DNA of 51,225 nt, the filler included, from Thelocarpon superellum (Eukaryota): NCBI GenBank assembly GCA_026025795.1. It is 2 parts of 2 records of this genome, joined end to end, with 100 filler letters (N's around TTAATTAATTAA, not from the genome) between each part and the next. Parts side by side here need not be neighbours in the genome. Positions count along the whole stretch, not along the records: positions 25,716 to 51,225 come from JAPEUG010000268.1; 1 more part is not named here. One strand, 5' to 3'. Every line of letters starts with the position of its first letter. Positions within the stretch are counted from its first letter, which is position 1. Shown here one piece after another: positions 34,303 through 47,100 of the stretch. The notes under the pieces were generated by a model. That model saw nothing but the letters and a program-made list of their open reading frames with translations, ran no database searches and had not been told where the DNA came from. The translations under genes and the position numbers were made by a program.

Positions 34303-35578
34303 CGTAGAGGTGAAATCGGGAAGTTGATGAGTGAGAGCGAGGGTGAGAGTGAGAGGAAGAGCGAGGGTGAGTGAGAGGCGCGTGAAGCTGGAGGGAGAAA
34401 GGTCGACAGATGTGTCGCAGCCTTCCTTGTGCGGGTGCTTGAATTGCTCGGCGCGCAGTGGGGTGGCATATAGCAGGCCGATGATCTACCAGCGACCACG
34501 GGCATTTGACGGTGACGGGGACGATGGCGGCGGCGGTGGCGGCGACGTCGACGGTCGGTCAAGGCCAGCGGACGTAGGCAAACATGAGCGAGAACAAGGG
34601 AACATTCAGATTGCGGACCTAAGGATAACACAGATTGACGTCAAAGAATTGGTCATCTTGTCCGACAAAGATCCGGCAGGCTCTGGAGTCAAGTGGGTGA
34701 GTCCAACAGCTGGAATCATAATGCCTGGAGCCATGTCCAACTCGCCTGTTCGCGGCCTCGATGGTGAAGCAAGTACCTAGCGATGTGATTGGTCAGGGTC
34801 CACTGCTGGCTGCCCGGCGTCGCTGCCTGTGAGTCACGTGCAGATACTCCAAGCGAGGACATGAGCCGAAAAGGCTCGACTGAAGGACTCAGATCCGACT
34901 GGCAAAATTTACGCGCAGCGAGGGTATGTTAGAAGTGAACTATATTAGTGTAGAAATCAGAGCTGAATTGCTAATCTACGTATGGTCTGGGATAGTGATA
35001 GGAGTGGGCACGTGACCACATCACGTGCGCGCTTCTACACTAGTAACATAACTAATTACACGGGAACGATGTAACATTCGTAAAGTCACGTGCGCAATCT
35101 ACACGACAGGATGTCCCCAAAGACCGGGTCAAATCTACTTTTCATCAGATTCGAGGTGGGGAAGCTTTGATAGGTCAGCAACACAATGAAGAAGCACCTC
35201 AACTGAAACGTCACCCGCGGCAAGTTCCGTAACAGTGCTCTCTCGGCCGCCGAGCCGCGGCATCATGCCAAAAAAAGGTCACAATCAATACCTATCCCTC
35301 ATGTGCACAGTCCAATTACGCAGCGATGTTGTCAACCTACTAGGATTAGGCCTGATGATACCTCATGCTGACAAAGAGAGACTCGGCGACAAAGGTGCAG
35401 AGAGGTATCCTCGCATATCGCACAACATGTACTCATTCGATGAATGTGCGGAAGCTATGTAGTTGACCACGTGCAGGGAGAGGAAGGGGTAGTTGGGGCC
35501 CGAATCATCGCCATCGTCGCGCCCAGCACCCTCGTCATATTTCCAAGGACCATCTCCTGTCGAGCTCAGTCGAGACCC

Positions 35579-37574
35579 TCACGTGGCAAAGCGAAAGTCG
35601 AGCCTGTAGATTCCCCACGAGACCGTCAGCGATCCGACGACAGGTAGAGGGCGGAAAGATCGAGGCCATCTCACCGTTTGTTGCCCCGGTCCGTCGTCGT
35701 GCTGAGGTAATGATCTTTCTCCGCCCGAGACATGTTGTTCCAGATCTTGGTCCGCGTCCTAGAGAGCGAGCGCCATGTCAGCGTCCGATGGGGCGGAGAA
35801 GAGAGCCGGGCGACGAACCGATTGCGCCAATCGTAGTAAAGCTTGGCGCCAATGAAAAGGGCAAAGTTGTAGACGCAGATGCCGATCAGCACCTTGTTGC
35901 CCGTGCGATAGAGGGGCTTGTCTTGGTCACGATAGATCTGTCCTCCCCCTTTAGCATGAGTCATGGTGCCTCCTCCCGCGAGGGCAAGAGCAACGTACGT
36001 TGGACGCGATCACGTTGGACGCCTGCACCGTCATGTTGTACAGGGCCGAGGCGACAGTGCGAGTGCGGACGGAGCCCGCGTTGCGACTGGTGATGGCGAC
36101 GATGATGGCATGCACATATGGCGCGCCCACCAGGAGCGTGTTGAGCGTCCAACGCGTCCAGGCAGATGCGTTGGCCGGAAGCACCTCGAGCGCGACCAAC
36201 AGCGGCAGGGCCCAGATCTGGCTAATCAGACCCGTGAGGAAGCGCTGATTCGTCTTCTCCGACACCCAGGTCCAGAAGAGCAGGCCGATGATGAAGAGCA
36301 CGTAGGCCGGGATGGTCAAGAGATTGGTGTTGAAGGTACTGAAGCCGAGAGCTTTGAGGTTCAATGTAAGGTAGCTCGTGGCGGGGTTGTTGGGGATCAA
36401 CCACGACAGGCCCAGCAGATAGATCGGCCACATGTCGAAATCGGTGAAACTGTGCCACAGGAGCTTCGGAGTGATCGCCTGGCGATTGTGCATCCCGCCC
36501 TTGGAGGGATCATCCCGGATGATGCGATTGACCTACACCACGTCAGGCACACGGGCAACCAGCGGGAGACGGGGGCGAACGCACCATGATGTACTCCTCC
36601 CGTTCCGTGAACCATCCGTCCTTGCCGCGGAAGCGGCTAGCCGTCTGCGTTGGGGACGGCGGAAGATAGAAAAAGGAGAAGATCCCAATGGCCCCGGTGA
36701 TGATGCCCTCGATGGCAAAGAGATATCGCCAGCCGGCGACGTTGTGCACCCCACGAAGGTGCAGGATGCCAAAGGCCAGAAAGGCGGCCACGATGCTCGT
36801 GAACTCATACGCCACCCAGAACCAGCTGAGTCGGGTGGGTAGCTCAGGGCCGGTGTAAAAGTAGCTCAAGTACAAGATGTTGTCCGGGATGAAGCCACCC
36901 TCGATGAGCCCGAGCAGGGCCCGGCAGGTCCAGAAGGACGAGCGTCCGCTGATGAAGGCTTGGAAGCCGGCGACCAGGCTCCACGACACCATCTGGATGG
37001 GAATCCATCGGTCCGGCCCGATCTTCTTCGACACCAGCTGCGACGGAAGCTCGGCAAAGAGAAAGCAGATGTAGAAAATGGTCTGGCCCGTATTGTAGTC
37101 ATTGGTGTTCACGTGGATGTCGTCCAACATGTTGTCCGACAAGGCCTGCGAGATGTTGCCGCGATCCAGCTGCAGCGCGAAGAACATAAAGCACACGAAG
37201 GCGCAGATGCGAAGGTCCAGCTGTCATCTCCATCAACATCTCTCGAGCCGTCCCCGCCCGGCACGGCGTTGGACAGCGCCTACCTTGCGAATGAGCTGCT
37301 TCTCCTCGATCGGCTGCCATTGGAAGTTGGGGTCATATCGATGCTTCCCTTCGTACGTCGCGATGGGTTCGTAGTGCTTGGTCAAGCCCGCGGTGTTGAA
37401 GGTAATGGGATGCTCCGATCTCGCGTCTTCCGGCTCCGTCCAGGACGAGTCTACCTGCGCCGTGGCCCCTTTGCTCTCCTCCTCGTGCGAAATGCGCACG
37501 GGCGAGTCGGGGGACGAGCTCGTACCCGAAGGTGCCCCCGCGGGAGGGGTCGGACTGGCCGCGTCCTGGGCCAT
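35579..37574 (-). CDS. MFS transporter, Dal5/allantoate family, Soa1/AstA-like sulfonate/sulfate transporter; multi-exon
   Basis: YEGKHRYDPNFQWQPIEEKQLIRK, FALQLDRGNISQALSDNML, AELPSQLVSKKIGPDRWIP, EGGFIPD, SRNAGSVRTRTVASALYNM, end GNKRLDFRFAT*. Confidence 0.9.
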
Positions 37575-38481
37575 GCTCTTCGTGGAAGGCCGGGTATGTC
37601 GGATCAGCAGGATCCTTCCAGCGTGCGTCGAAGGGTTAGATCGGACGTAACAACAGATGCACCGTCCCAATTGAAACAGCGCGACCTATATGGAGTCCCA
37701 ATCAGGGATGACGTGCTTTTGCCGCGAGGCCCCGTCATCCGTGCCTTCGTGGGGAGTGGAGCAGATGGACCAGTCATGGCGCGGGACCACCCATCACCTC
37801 ATTCGGGGCCCGGATGGCGTTCGAGAGAGCACCACGGGCCTGCCGGCCATCGTGGTCTGGGCGTGTCCTGCGTGGGGACGGCGCGCGGTAGACGATGTTG
37901 CTGGGTGAGGCACTGATGATGATCCCAAGTGATGGTGGCGAACGGAGGTACGGCCCCTTTCGGCGCAAAGGGGTGATGAGTGGGTCCCACGCCATGATTG
38001 AGGTGGCTTTGTTGCTCCCACGGAGGGTGGAGCAGGCCCGAGCACGATTGGACCGACGCGAGCCTTCCATCACCCAGCCCTGTCATCACGCCATTCTCCC
38101 CACGCCGCGACGGCGGCGTGCCCCACACCATGCGGAGGCGGCAAGGATCGAACGTTGCCGCCACTATGTCCAGATCTGCTTGATAATCCTCGCATGCATA
38201 AACTGAGATAGTCGGTACGTCTGACGTCGATGTCGCTAGCAAGGTTGGTGGATGCCATCACTCTTTGCCGTGGAGGATGACCCCACTCTGTAGAGCGGGG
38301 GAAGCCGATCATCGGATAGGCGCAGGACACGGACGGTTATAAGAGCGATGCCAACGTCATACGTGTTCATGAGATCTCATCAAGGCATCGAGAAAGTGAA
38401 GCTCAATTGCCCATAGAGTGACCTGATTGAAGCTTACTGGTGCACCTATCGCCAAACCTGACCCGACTGACTGCCCACATC

Positions 38482-40001
38482 ATGGCCCAAACGGAGGTTC
38501 TCACCGCGCCGATCGCAAATGCGCCGGGGTCGCTCGGCTTGGGAAAGGGGCCTTCGGAATACAAGGAACCATATGGAGGGCCGCAGGCATATAGCACGGC
38601 GACGGAGACGAAGGGGACTGCGCAACAACCGGCTGCCAGTCATCCCGAATACCTCCCCGTGTGGGATCCGACGCTCAAGTGCGTGTTGCCCTGGAGCTTG
38701 CTCGCTTGCTTGCTTCGAGCTAGTCACCCGCCTACTTGTGGTTGAGCGAGTCGGGTGGGGTCCAGCGCAGGCTCGCTAACGGCGGGATGTCAGGTACCCA
38801 CCACTCAAGCCTTTCCACCACCACGACCACGGGCTAGATGCCGATCCGGGGCTCAAGGAGCTCCTGCACAACGCCACCGTCGCCGACTTGACTCCAGTCA
38901 TCGGTGCGGAAGTGCATGGGGTGCAATTGAGCCACTTGAGCCCGGCCGGCAAGGACCAGTTGGCCCTTTTGGTGGCGCAGAAGAAGGTGGTCGGTTCGTG
39001 CTCCTCTCGGTGGGCAGCGCTGGTGAACGTCGGCTGACTATGCCGACGCATGTAGCCTTTCGCGACCAGGACTTTGCCAATCTTCCCGTCGAAAGCGCTC
39101 TCGAGTATGGTCGCTACTTCGGACGCCTGCATATTCACCCCACTAGTGGGGCGCCGAACGGATTCCCCGAGGTGCATCTGGTGCACCGCGGGGTGAACGA
39201 CACGACGGCCCAGGACTTCCTCGAGACTCGCACCAACTCCATCACCTGGCACTCGGATGTCACATACGAGCAGCAGCCGCCGGGGACGACGTTCCTCTAC
39301 GTCTTCGACGGGCCGACCACGGGCGGTGACACGCTCTTCGTGAACCAGGCCGAAGCCTACCGTCGGCTGTCGCCCGAGTTTCGCCACCGACTGCACGGCT
39401 TGAAAGCGTTGCACTCGGGACACGAGCAAGCACAGACCAGCAGAGCTCGTGGTGGCATCGTCCGGCGAGAGCCAGTCGCGTCGATCCATCCGGTCGTGCG
39501 GACGCACCCAGTAAGCCTCCATTCTCCGCCCACTGCGCTGCTTTGCTCCCTCGGTACTCACCATGGCTGGACCACAGGTGACGGGCGAGAAGGCGCTGTT
39601 TGTGAATCCTCAATGTCAGTGCCCAAGGATGGTGTCAATCCACTTGCCCTGTGCTGATGCAACGCAGTCACTCGCCACATCGTCGGCTACAAGAAGGAAG
39701 AGAGCGATTACCTCTTGAAATTCCTCTACGACCATATCGCCCTCGGACAGGACTTTCAAGTCCGCGTCAAATGGGCCCCTGGCACGGTGGTCGTTTGGGA
39801 CGTAAGTCTCTCTGCTTCACCTGCGTCTGGCTCGTCATCGCTGTCCCTTGGCGCGTTCCCCGTGGCTGACGAGGGTGGCGCTGACAGAACCGTGTGACGG
39901 CGCATTCGGCTGTGCTGGATTGGCACAACGGCCAACGACGCCATCTGGCTCGTCTCACTCCTCAAGCGGAGCCACCATTTGAAGGCGGTCTTCATCAATG
40001 A
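38482..40001 (+). CDS. Fe(II)/2-oxoglutarate sulfonate (taurine) dioxygenase, TauD/Jlp1 family; multi-exon
   Basis: LTPVIGAEVHGVQL, FRDQDF, FGRLHIHPTSG, metal motif WHSDVTYEQQPPGTT, GGDTLF, HPVVRTHPVTGEKALFVN, VVVWDNRVTAHSA, RRHLARLTPQAE. Confidence 0.93.
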
Positions 40002-40126
40002 GGGCAGATGGTACATGTACACAGCGATGTGGTGGAAGGAAGAAAGGAACAAACACAGCCACAGACACAACAGCCAAAGAGATAGAAGCAATAGCATGCG
40101 GTGTAAAAGAATGGAAAAGAGGCGTG

Positions 40127-40411
40127 TCAGACGCAGGAAGTAGGATGAGGAGCTTCCAGGATCCATCCCAGCGTCTTGCGGCTTCCGAAAGACGCCGTCG
40201 TGTAGAGTGCCACGCCCATGAAGAAGTCCCTTACTCCGGACAGCACCATCAAACTCTCCACCAGCTTCTGGTCCGCCACGGAGGCGGGCAGGTCGAATTC
40301 AATGACCTCGAAAGCGCTCCGTGGTCGTAACATGCTCTTGACCGACCCCACGATGACTGTTGCGAAGATGGTAGTAACCTCGCGAAGCCAGGGCTTGGGA
40401 ATGCGAGTCAT
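40127..40411 (-). pseudogene. Truncated DUF4267-family small membrane protein
   Basis: IFATVIVG...MLRPRSAFEVIEF..PAS.ADQKLVESLMVLSGVRDFFMGVALY...FGSRKTLGWIL, then an unrelated tail. The last helices (xDG..., HW) usual in the family are missing. Confidence 0.65.
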
Positions 40412-41099
40412 GGCGAGCTGAGCCGTGCCTGCTGCAGGAACCAAAATGGCCTCTGACGCGAGTACCGCGTCCCATGCAATACGATTGCTCGAGCCGGTCG
40501 GTGCGACGGATGCCAGACCTAAACGTTGCACGGAAGCGTGCCGCAAGGTGCGTCAAGCGCAGTATTCCCTGCGAGGAAACCACCAATCCCCTGGGTTCGC
40601 TTGCGCCCAGAAGAGCGGAGACGGAGTGGTCCGCTGCACGTACGGTGATGTACGAGCAAGGATCCAGGTTTGCGAAGGGGCAGGTGTTGGCAATATAGAT
40701 TGAGATGTGCACTTGGTTGGGTACGTCTGCATCCAAGGACTTGACTGCCACGTCAGACTCGACGCAAGCTGTTCCGGCAGCCTTGTCCATGGAAAGGCTG
40801 CCAGAACAGAGGCGGCGTGGTCGTTAACGTGAGAACGCCTCGCGCTCTCCGCGATAAGGCGACAGAGTTAAAGAGAGACATGGCCCCAGGGTTGGAACGT
40901 GTGTGCGTGGACATTTCAATTTACACTGCTCCCCACTAATTGAAACTTCCTTGGGAAACCGTCTCTACCAGCAGTGTCTTCGTGTAACAACACTGCGTTC
41001 CGTTGACAATTAAGCGGATCCAGCGTAGAGATTGGTGATGGCTCGTCATTCACATGGACTCCTTGTTCTGGAGGCTGATCACCTTCTCCATCTTGAGAG

Positions 41100-41468
41100 A
41101 TGAATCCTTCCTATTTCACAGGTGTACCTCACTGTCGTCAGTGCGGCAGTGAGACAACCCGCTCCATCACTCCAAACACGAACCCTGGCAAAGGAAACGC
41201 CGACCGGCCCTACTTCCGTTGCACGCACTGTGGGGACAACGGATTCTGCTGCTTTGACGACTATCGCGGTGTTCTCGAGAACAATCCTCCCTGTGACTGT
41301 GGACGACCCAGTCGACGCGTAGTCATAGGACATGGCCCCTTTTACCGGCTCAAATTCAACTGTGCAACAGGTGTCTGTGGGTTTGAGCAGGTGGAGCAGG
41401 AGGATGGAACGAACAGAAGAGCGGATGGAGAAGGAGTCCGGATGTTGATGGAGACACAAGCTGTGTAG
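41100..41468 (+). CDS. Small intronless Cys-rich protein with two GRF-like zinc-finger units
   Basis: CRQC-...-GNADRPYFRCTHC...FCCFDD.RG...NPPCDCGRPSRR...FNCATGVCGF; 122 aa, real ATG. Confidence 0.7.
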   Translation: MNPSYFTGVPHCRQCGSETTRSITPNTNPGKGNADRPYFRCTHCGDNGFCCFDDYRGVLENNPPCDCGRPSRRVVIGHGPFYRLKFNCATGVCGFEQVEQEDGTNRRADGEGVRMLMETQAV

Positions 41469-42064
41469 AAGGATTCACGAGAGGAGAAACAGATGCGACT
41501 GCTCTCATGCTGAACGCCTTTGGGCGGAGATGCTTCCAGAATACTGTTGAGAAGGCAGTTACCGTCAGTCCAGTGCTTCATTGCTGAGCTCATCCTCGTC
41601 ACACGACATGTAATGTAGAAATGCCACATGAAGGATGCGCGACACCCGTAGCCCCAGGTGTCAAGTCCACCATAGCCCCGGCTCGTAGCTGCCAGCCAAC
41701 CAGCGGCCAGAGTTCCGTACGTACCAGTATGTGCGCGCTCCGTATGCCGAACGTACCCCTGCCGCATTTTAGCCATTTCCAATCTGGCCTCTATTATTTG
41801 GAGAACCCCGTGCATTTACCATCTGGCAGTACCTTGCCTCGGCGCGGGAGATGTCTCCAACTGTCCAAATCTCCAATCCTCCAATTCTCCACATACTCTA
41901 ATTATACCCACTTTTCTTCGATTTGGATCACTCCCTCACGACTCCCCGTGCATCACCTGGAGCTTCGCGGTAGGACTGCTCTCGCGTGACACAGCTTGGG
42001 AGGACAAGCCGCGGTCCCTTCCGCGCTGCGCGCCTTCTTTTGGGTCCCCCACTTTGCGCCCACC

Positions 42065-43566
42065 ATGCCACCCAAATCACGTCTCACTCGTCTCGATGCG
42101 TTCGCCAAGACAGTGGAAGATGCCCGGATACGGACGAGCTCGGGGGGCGTCGTCACAATCGCTTCGTTGCTCATCGTCTTATATCTGGTGTGGGGTGAAT
42201 GGGCCGAGTACCGACGCATCACGGTGCATCCGGAGTTGGTAGTGGACAAAAGTCGAGGTAGGCAGCTCCCGCGGCGGGCGGGCAACATCCATGGTCGCAG
42301 CTGACACGTGGTGCCAGGGGAGAAGATGGAGATCCACTTGAACGTGTCCTTTCCCCGGATACCCTGCGAGCTCCTGACCTTGGACGTGATGGATCTCTCC
42401 GGGGAGCAACAGACAGGCATCATGCATGGAGTGAACAAGGTGCGGCTGGCCCCCGTGGCCGAGGGTGGACATGCTATCGAGGTCAAGGCACTGGATCTGT
42501 ACGCCGACATCCCCCCGTCCTCCCTCTCGCCCCCGTACTGACCGAGGCAGACACTCCGCCGACGAAGTCGCGGCGCATCTCGACCCCTCATATTGCGGCA
42601 ACTGCTATGGCGCCCCTCCCCCGCCCGAAGCCAGGAAAGCGGGATGTTGTCAGACGTGCGACGAAGTCCGGGACGCATACGCCTCGGTCTCGTGGGCGTT
42701 CGGGCTTGGAACGAACGTGGAGCAATGCGAGCGGGAAGGCTACGGCTCACGGCTGAACGAGCAGCGCAATGAAGGCTGCCGGATCGAAGGCGACATCCGC
42801 GTCAACAAGGTCGCCGGCAACTTCCACATCGCCCCCGGCCGCAGCTACAGCAACATGAACGTGCACGTGCACGACCTCAACAACTTCTTCGAGACCCCGG
42901 TCGAGGGTGGGCATACCTTCACCCATGAGATCCACCATCTGCGTTTCGGGCCGCAGCTGCCCCAGAGCGCGCTCACGCGACTCGGCGGAAAGGCGATGCC
43001 GTGGACCAACCACCACGTCAACCCGCTAGACAACACCCAGCAGACGACCGACGACCCGGCCTTCAACTACATGTACTTTGTGAAAGTCGTCTCGACCTCC
43101 TACCTGCCGCTGGGGTGGGAGCGAAAACCGGGCGTTGCCGCTTCGCACCGCGACACGGCGGACGAGTTGATCAACCTCGGGTCCTACGGGCACGGCGATG
43201 ACGGCAGCGTCGAAACGCACCAATACTCCGTCACGAGCCACAAGCGCAGTCTCGGCGGAGGTGACGATTCCGGCGTCGGCCACAAGGAGGTGTTGCATGC
43301 AAGGGGCGGCATTCCTGGCGTATTCTTCTCCTACGTATGTTCTCCCATCACCCCCCCGTTCCTTTCAGATGACATGCTAAGACTGAACAACGGAACAGGA
43401 CATCTCGCCAATGAAAGTGATCAATCGCGAGACACGCAGCAAGAGCCTGGCGGGCTTTCTGACCGGCGTATGCGCCGCCATTGGCGGCACGCTCACCGTT
43501 GCCGCGGCGATAGATCGTGGCGTGTACGAAGGCGCGAGGAGGGTGGGCAAACTGCATCAGACTTGA
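42065..43566 (+). CDS. ERV46: ER-Golgi vesicle protein Erv46 (ERGIC3); 4 exons
   Basis: RLDAFAKTVEDARIRTSSGG, FPRIPCELLTLDVMD, YCGNCYGA...CCQTCDEV, EGCRIEG..VNKVAGNFHIAPG, GGIPGVFFSYDISPMKVIN, end KLHQT*. Confidence 0.96.
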
Positions 43567-43601
43567 TTTGGATGCATAGTCTTTGCCTACGAGCGTGTCT
43601 A

Positions 43602-43700
43602 CTCCTCCTCCTCCTCCTCCTCCTCCTCCTCCTCCTCCTCTTGTATGGTTTGGCGTTTCCCTCCCCCCTCTCCCTCTCTCTCTCTCTGTGTGTGTGTGTG
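43602..43700. repeat. Compound microsatellite (CTC)13 followed by (CT)n(GT)n in ERV46 3' region
   Basis: Directly visible. Confidence 0.9.
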
Positions 43701-44135
43701 TATTCGTGTGTGTGGGTGTAGGTCGATGTAGGTCCATGTCTATATAGGACTGAATGATTGATCCATTTGCAGCACTGCCCTTTCTTCCTGCCCGCCTGGT
43801 TCTGCTTGCAATAGCGCACGAAGAGGGAATGTTCGCGACTGCAAGACTAAACAAGATCCGCCTCGTATGCCTGGTTGGCGGACGAGGAGGACCCGCGTTG
43901 GAAACGGTCTCAGTCCGCGACAAGTACGTAAGAGCAAATGAATAAGATCACGAGCCGAACACGAATAACCGTTTATTGGAATGCCTGGGTACGAAGTACC
44001 GCTGCCTATGATACAAGGAGGTCGTCTCGTTGCTCCACATTCCATCGGCGGAGGTAGGGTGGTGTAGGGTCGAGAAACCTTCTCCCTCTCTTCCCTCCAC
44101 TTTTTCTCCTCCCACTTCCCGCCTTCATAGTTTCG

Positions 44136-47100
44136 TCAGGAGAGCAGGTTCCGCAGTGACGGACTCGCGCTTGCTCCGCCGGCTGTTCCTCCGCCGCCGC
44201 TGTTGCCGCCACCGCTGCCATGGCTGTGGCCGGGACCGTTGCTGGTGCTAGTCGGACCATGACGGACCCCATTCAAGGGGTCACGAGGTGTCGTGGGCCG
44301 ATCGGATGATGTGGTCCGTACGTGCCCGTGTCCGTGACCGTGCGACATGACGCCATCGTGAGACCCGCTATAGGATCGATGGTGGTGGAGTTGAGGTTGG
44401 TGATGAGAGGGTGGTGGCGCAGGATATTGCAGCGCAGCGTGATGTGGTGGCGAATGTTGCGGCGGCATATGTTGAGGTCCGGTATGTGCAGGTTGGGGAT
44501 GAGGGTGTACATGAGGGGGTGGGGGTGGTGGAGGATGGGACAGGTGTGGAGGATGGTTGAAATGGCCCTCGATCGGACGATGTCGAGGGGATGTCTGCGC
44601 ATGTCCATTGTGCGGCAAATGCCCCTGCATGCCTCCACCGCTGCTGGGATGCACAGGAGAGGGCGCCGGCCCACCATTGATGAGATGGAGACTGTTGCTT
44701 GGGCGTCGTAGCGCGGGCGCCGGTGCCGGCGGAGGCGGGTGATGAGCGGCGGCTGGGCTGGTCCCATTGACATGAGGTCGTCTCGGAGGGCTGAATGTAT
44801 GGGTCGGAGGTGCCGGAGCCGGCGGTGGGACTGGATTGAGCGAATGCTGTACCGGCATCATTTGCGACGTGGGCGAGGACTGCGACCAGTTCATGTACGG
44901 ACCCGACGGGGGCCGCGACGCCGTTGGCGACGGTCGCGCCGTGTAAGGCTCCGGCTGGGGATGGCCCGGTGCTGGCGTCGGCCGTGTCTGATAGGACGTC
45001 ATCCGCGGCGGCGACGGTTCCCGGATCTTTTTCCAATGGCACTTGTGGCACTGAAAGACCGTGCTCGACGGCGTGAGGTGCGTATCAACCGTCAAGGCCG
45101 CCGCTGCCAAGGCCGCCGGGTTGTCCACCGCCTCGCCATTGCGCATGTGCCCGTTAGACCGGGCCGACTCTCCCGCGCGGTAAGCATGGTCACCGTTGCT
45201 GTGGTATCCATTCGGCCCCGATCGTGGCGCCATCGGGCCATGTCGGTGATGGATGCCCTGGGGACTCATGGTCGGACTGGACATTCGCTCCAACTTCCAC
45301 CACTTGGGGCTGACGTCGATGCCGCACGTGACGCATCGTCGTTTGAATGGCGCCACCGACGCCTCGTCCTCCACCTCCTCCACGCCACCGCCCTCTTCGG
45401 CCTTAACAGGCGGTCGTGTCGCCGATTGCGGCGTCACCGGTTGACCCGTGCCATTGGTGGCCGACGTCGAAGTCCGCCGATACCCTCCCGCGTGACCTAT
45501 TGTGTTGGAGTGGATCGCCTTGGTCGATTGATTGACCAGATTGGCCTTGCGCACCGTCCCGGTCAAGGTCAGATCCGCCTGTTTGTAGGTGCGCACAAAC
45601 ATCTGCAGGGCGTTGAGCCCCGACTCTTCCGAGATCTCGTGGAGCGGATGCACAATCGTCCGCACAGCATGGTCTTTGCACCAAATGGCCGCCGTCATCG
45701 AGCCCGACTCGGACCCGAGCGTCACCGTACTGACCATATCGCGACGACTGCTCTTGACCGGGGTGATGTCGAAACCAATGGTATATCCATCGCGCTGCGC
45801 ACATGTCACATGCACTATAGTCCTATCAGTATGATCGCTTCCTTCTGCCAGCGGAGTTTTCTCACCGGGTGCGTGGCATTGATGGCAGGCGACGCAGGCA
45901 CCGTCATTGGTCTTGCACACCTTGCACACCTGTTCGTATCGTGCCGAAGGGATGGTGCCGATGCCCTCCGATGGTTCCAGGGCTTGCGCATTCCCGAACT
46001 TCATTTCGGGCGTCCAAACCGCACAAGTCACATGTACCCAGTTGTTGCCTGCGGTGCGCTTCAGCGGCTCACGCGGGTCGACGGGCCGATGCGTCTCTTC
46101 TTGCTTCTTGCGATAGAAGTCGGCCGCCGCCATGGCCACTTCGCGCTCGACCTTTTCGCGCTCGCGATCCTTGTCCGTCTTTTTCTTGTGCGAGATCTTG
46201 GGTGGCTCGACAAAGTCATGTTCCGTGTGCCGAACGGGGCAGAGCACGCACTCGTACGACTAGCAAGGGTCAGCAATCAATCGTCGTGAAGAATCATCTC
46301 CGGCACTCACCGTCGACACCTGAGGGTTCTTGTCATTGGAGCACATGTCGCACACCCACTTGCTTGGACTGCGCACTTCCCCAACAACCCCGTAGCAGTC
46401 ACGATGGACCGTCATCCGGCACTCGCGACACGAAAGATGCTGATGATCCATCGGCTCCACTCGCTCGCAGATGCCACATGGCATAATCTTGGGCTTGGGC
46501 ATCTCGGGCGCGGGCGGAGGCTCTTCGACTTTTTCTGCCGCGGCTGCGGCGGCGGCGGCGGCGGCCTTCTTCTTGAGGCCGGTAGCCGTGGGCCCACCGG
46601 CCACACTCGGAGTGGTCTCCTTCTCCGCGATGGCCGTCTTCAATTTCTTCTTGGGCGGTTCAGGAGGCGGGTAGGGGTCTGACGCCCCCGAGGCCGCGGG
46701 TGTGCCATATCCGCCGGCGGGCCCCGCGTCGTTGGCGGACACGAGCTCTTTCAAGAGCTCTTCGTCAATCCGGCGCTTCCACGCGCGTCCACCGCCTTGT
46801 GCCACCTTCTTGGCGACCTCGTCGATGTCTTCCCACTGTATGCCATATCGGCGCCAGAGCTCGGCGCACCGGCGGCACAAAGCCAGCACCAGCTGCGCCG
46901 GTTTGTCCTTGCCATGCCCCTTGCCGTTCAGATCGAGTGGGATCGTTGTCCCGGGCGACACGCCGGGAGCGCGTCGCCATTGTCGCGAGCGTTGCGTCAG
47001 ACAGAACTTACACGCAAAGGCGCGGCGTCGATCGCTGGCCTTGTCCACGTCAAAGGCCGAGTCGTCGTGATCGTCCGCCACATCGTCGACGAGCTTCGAT

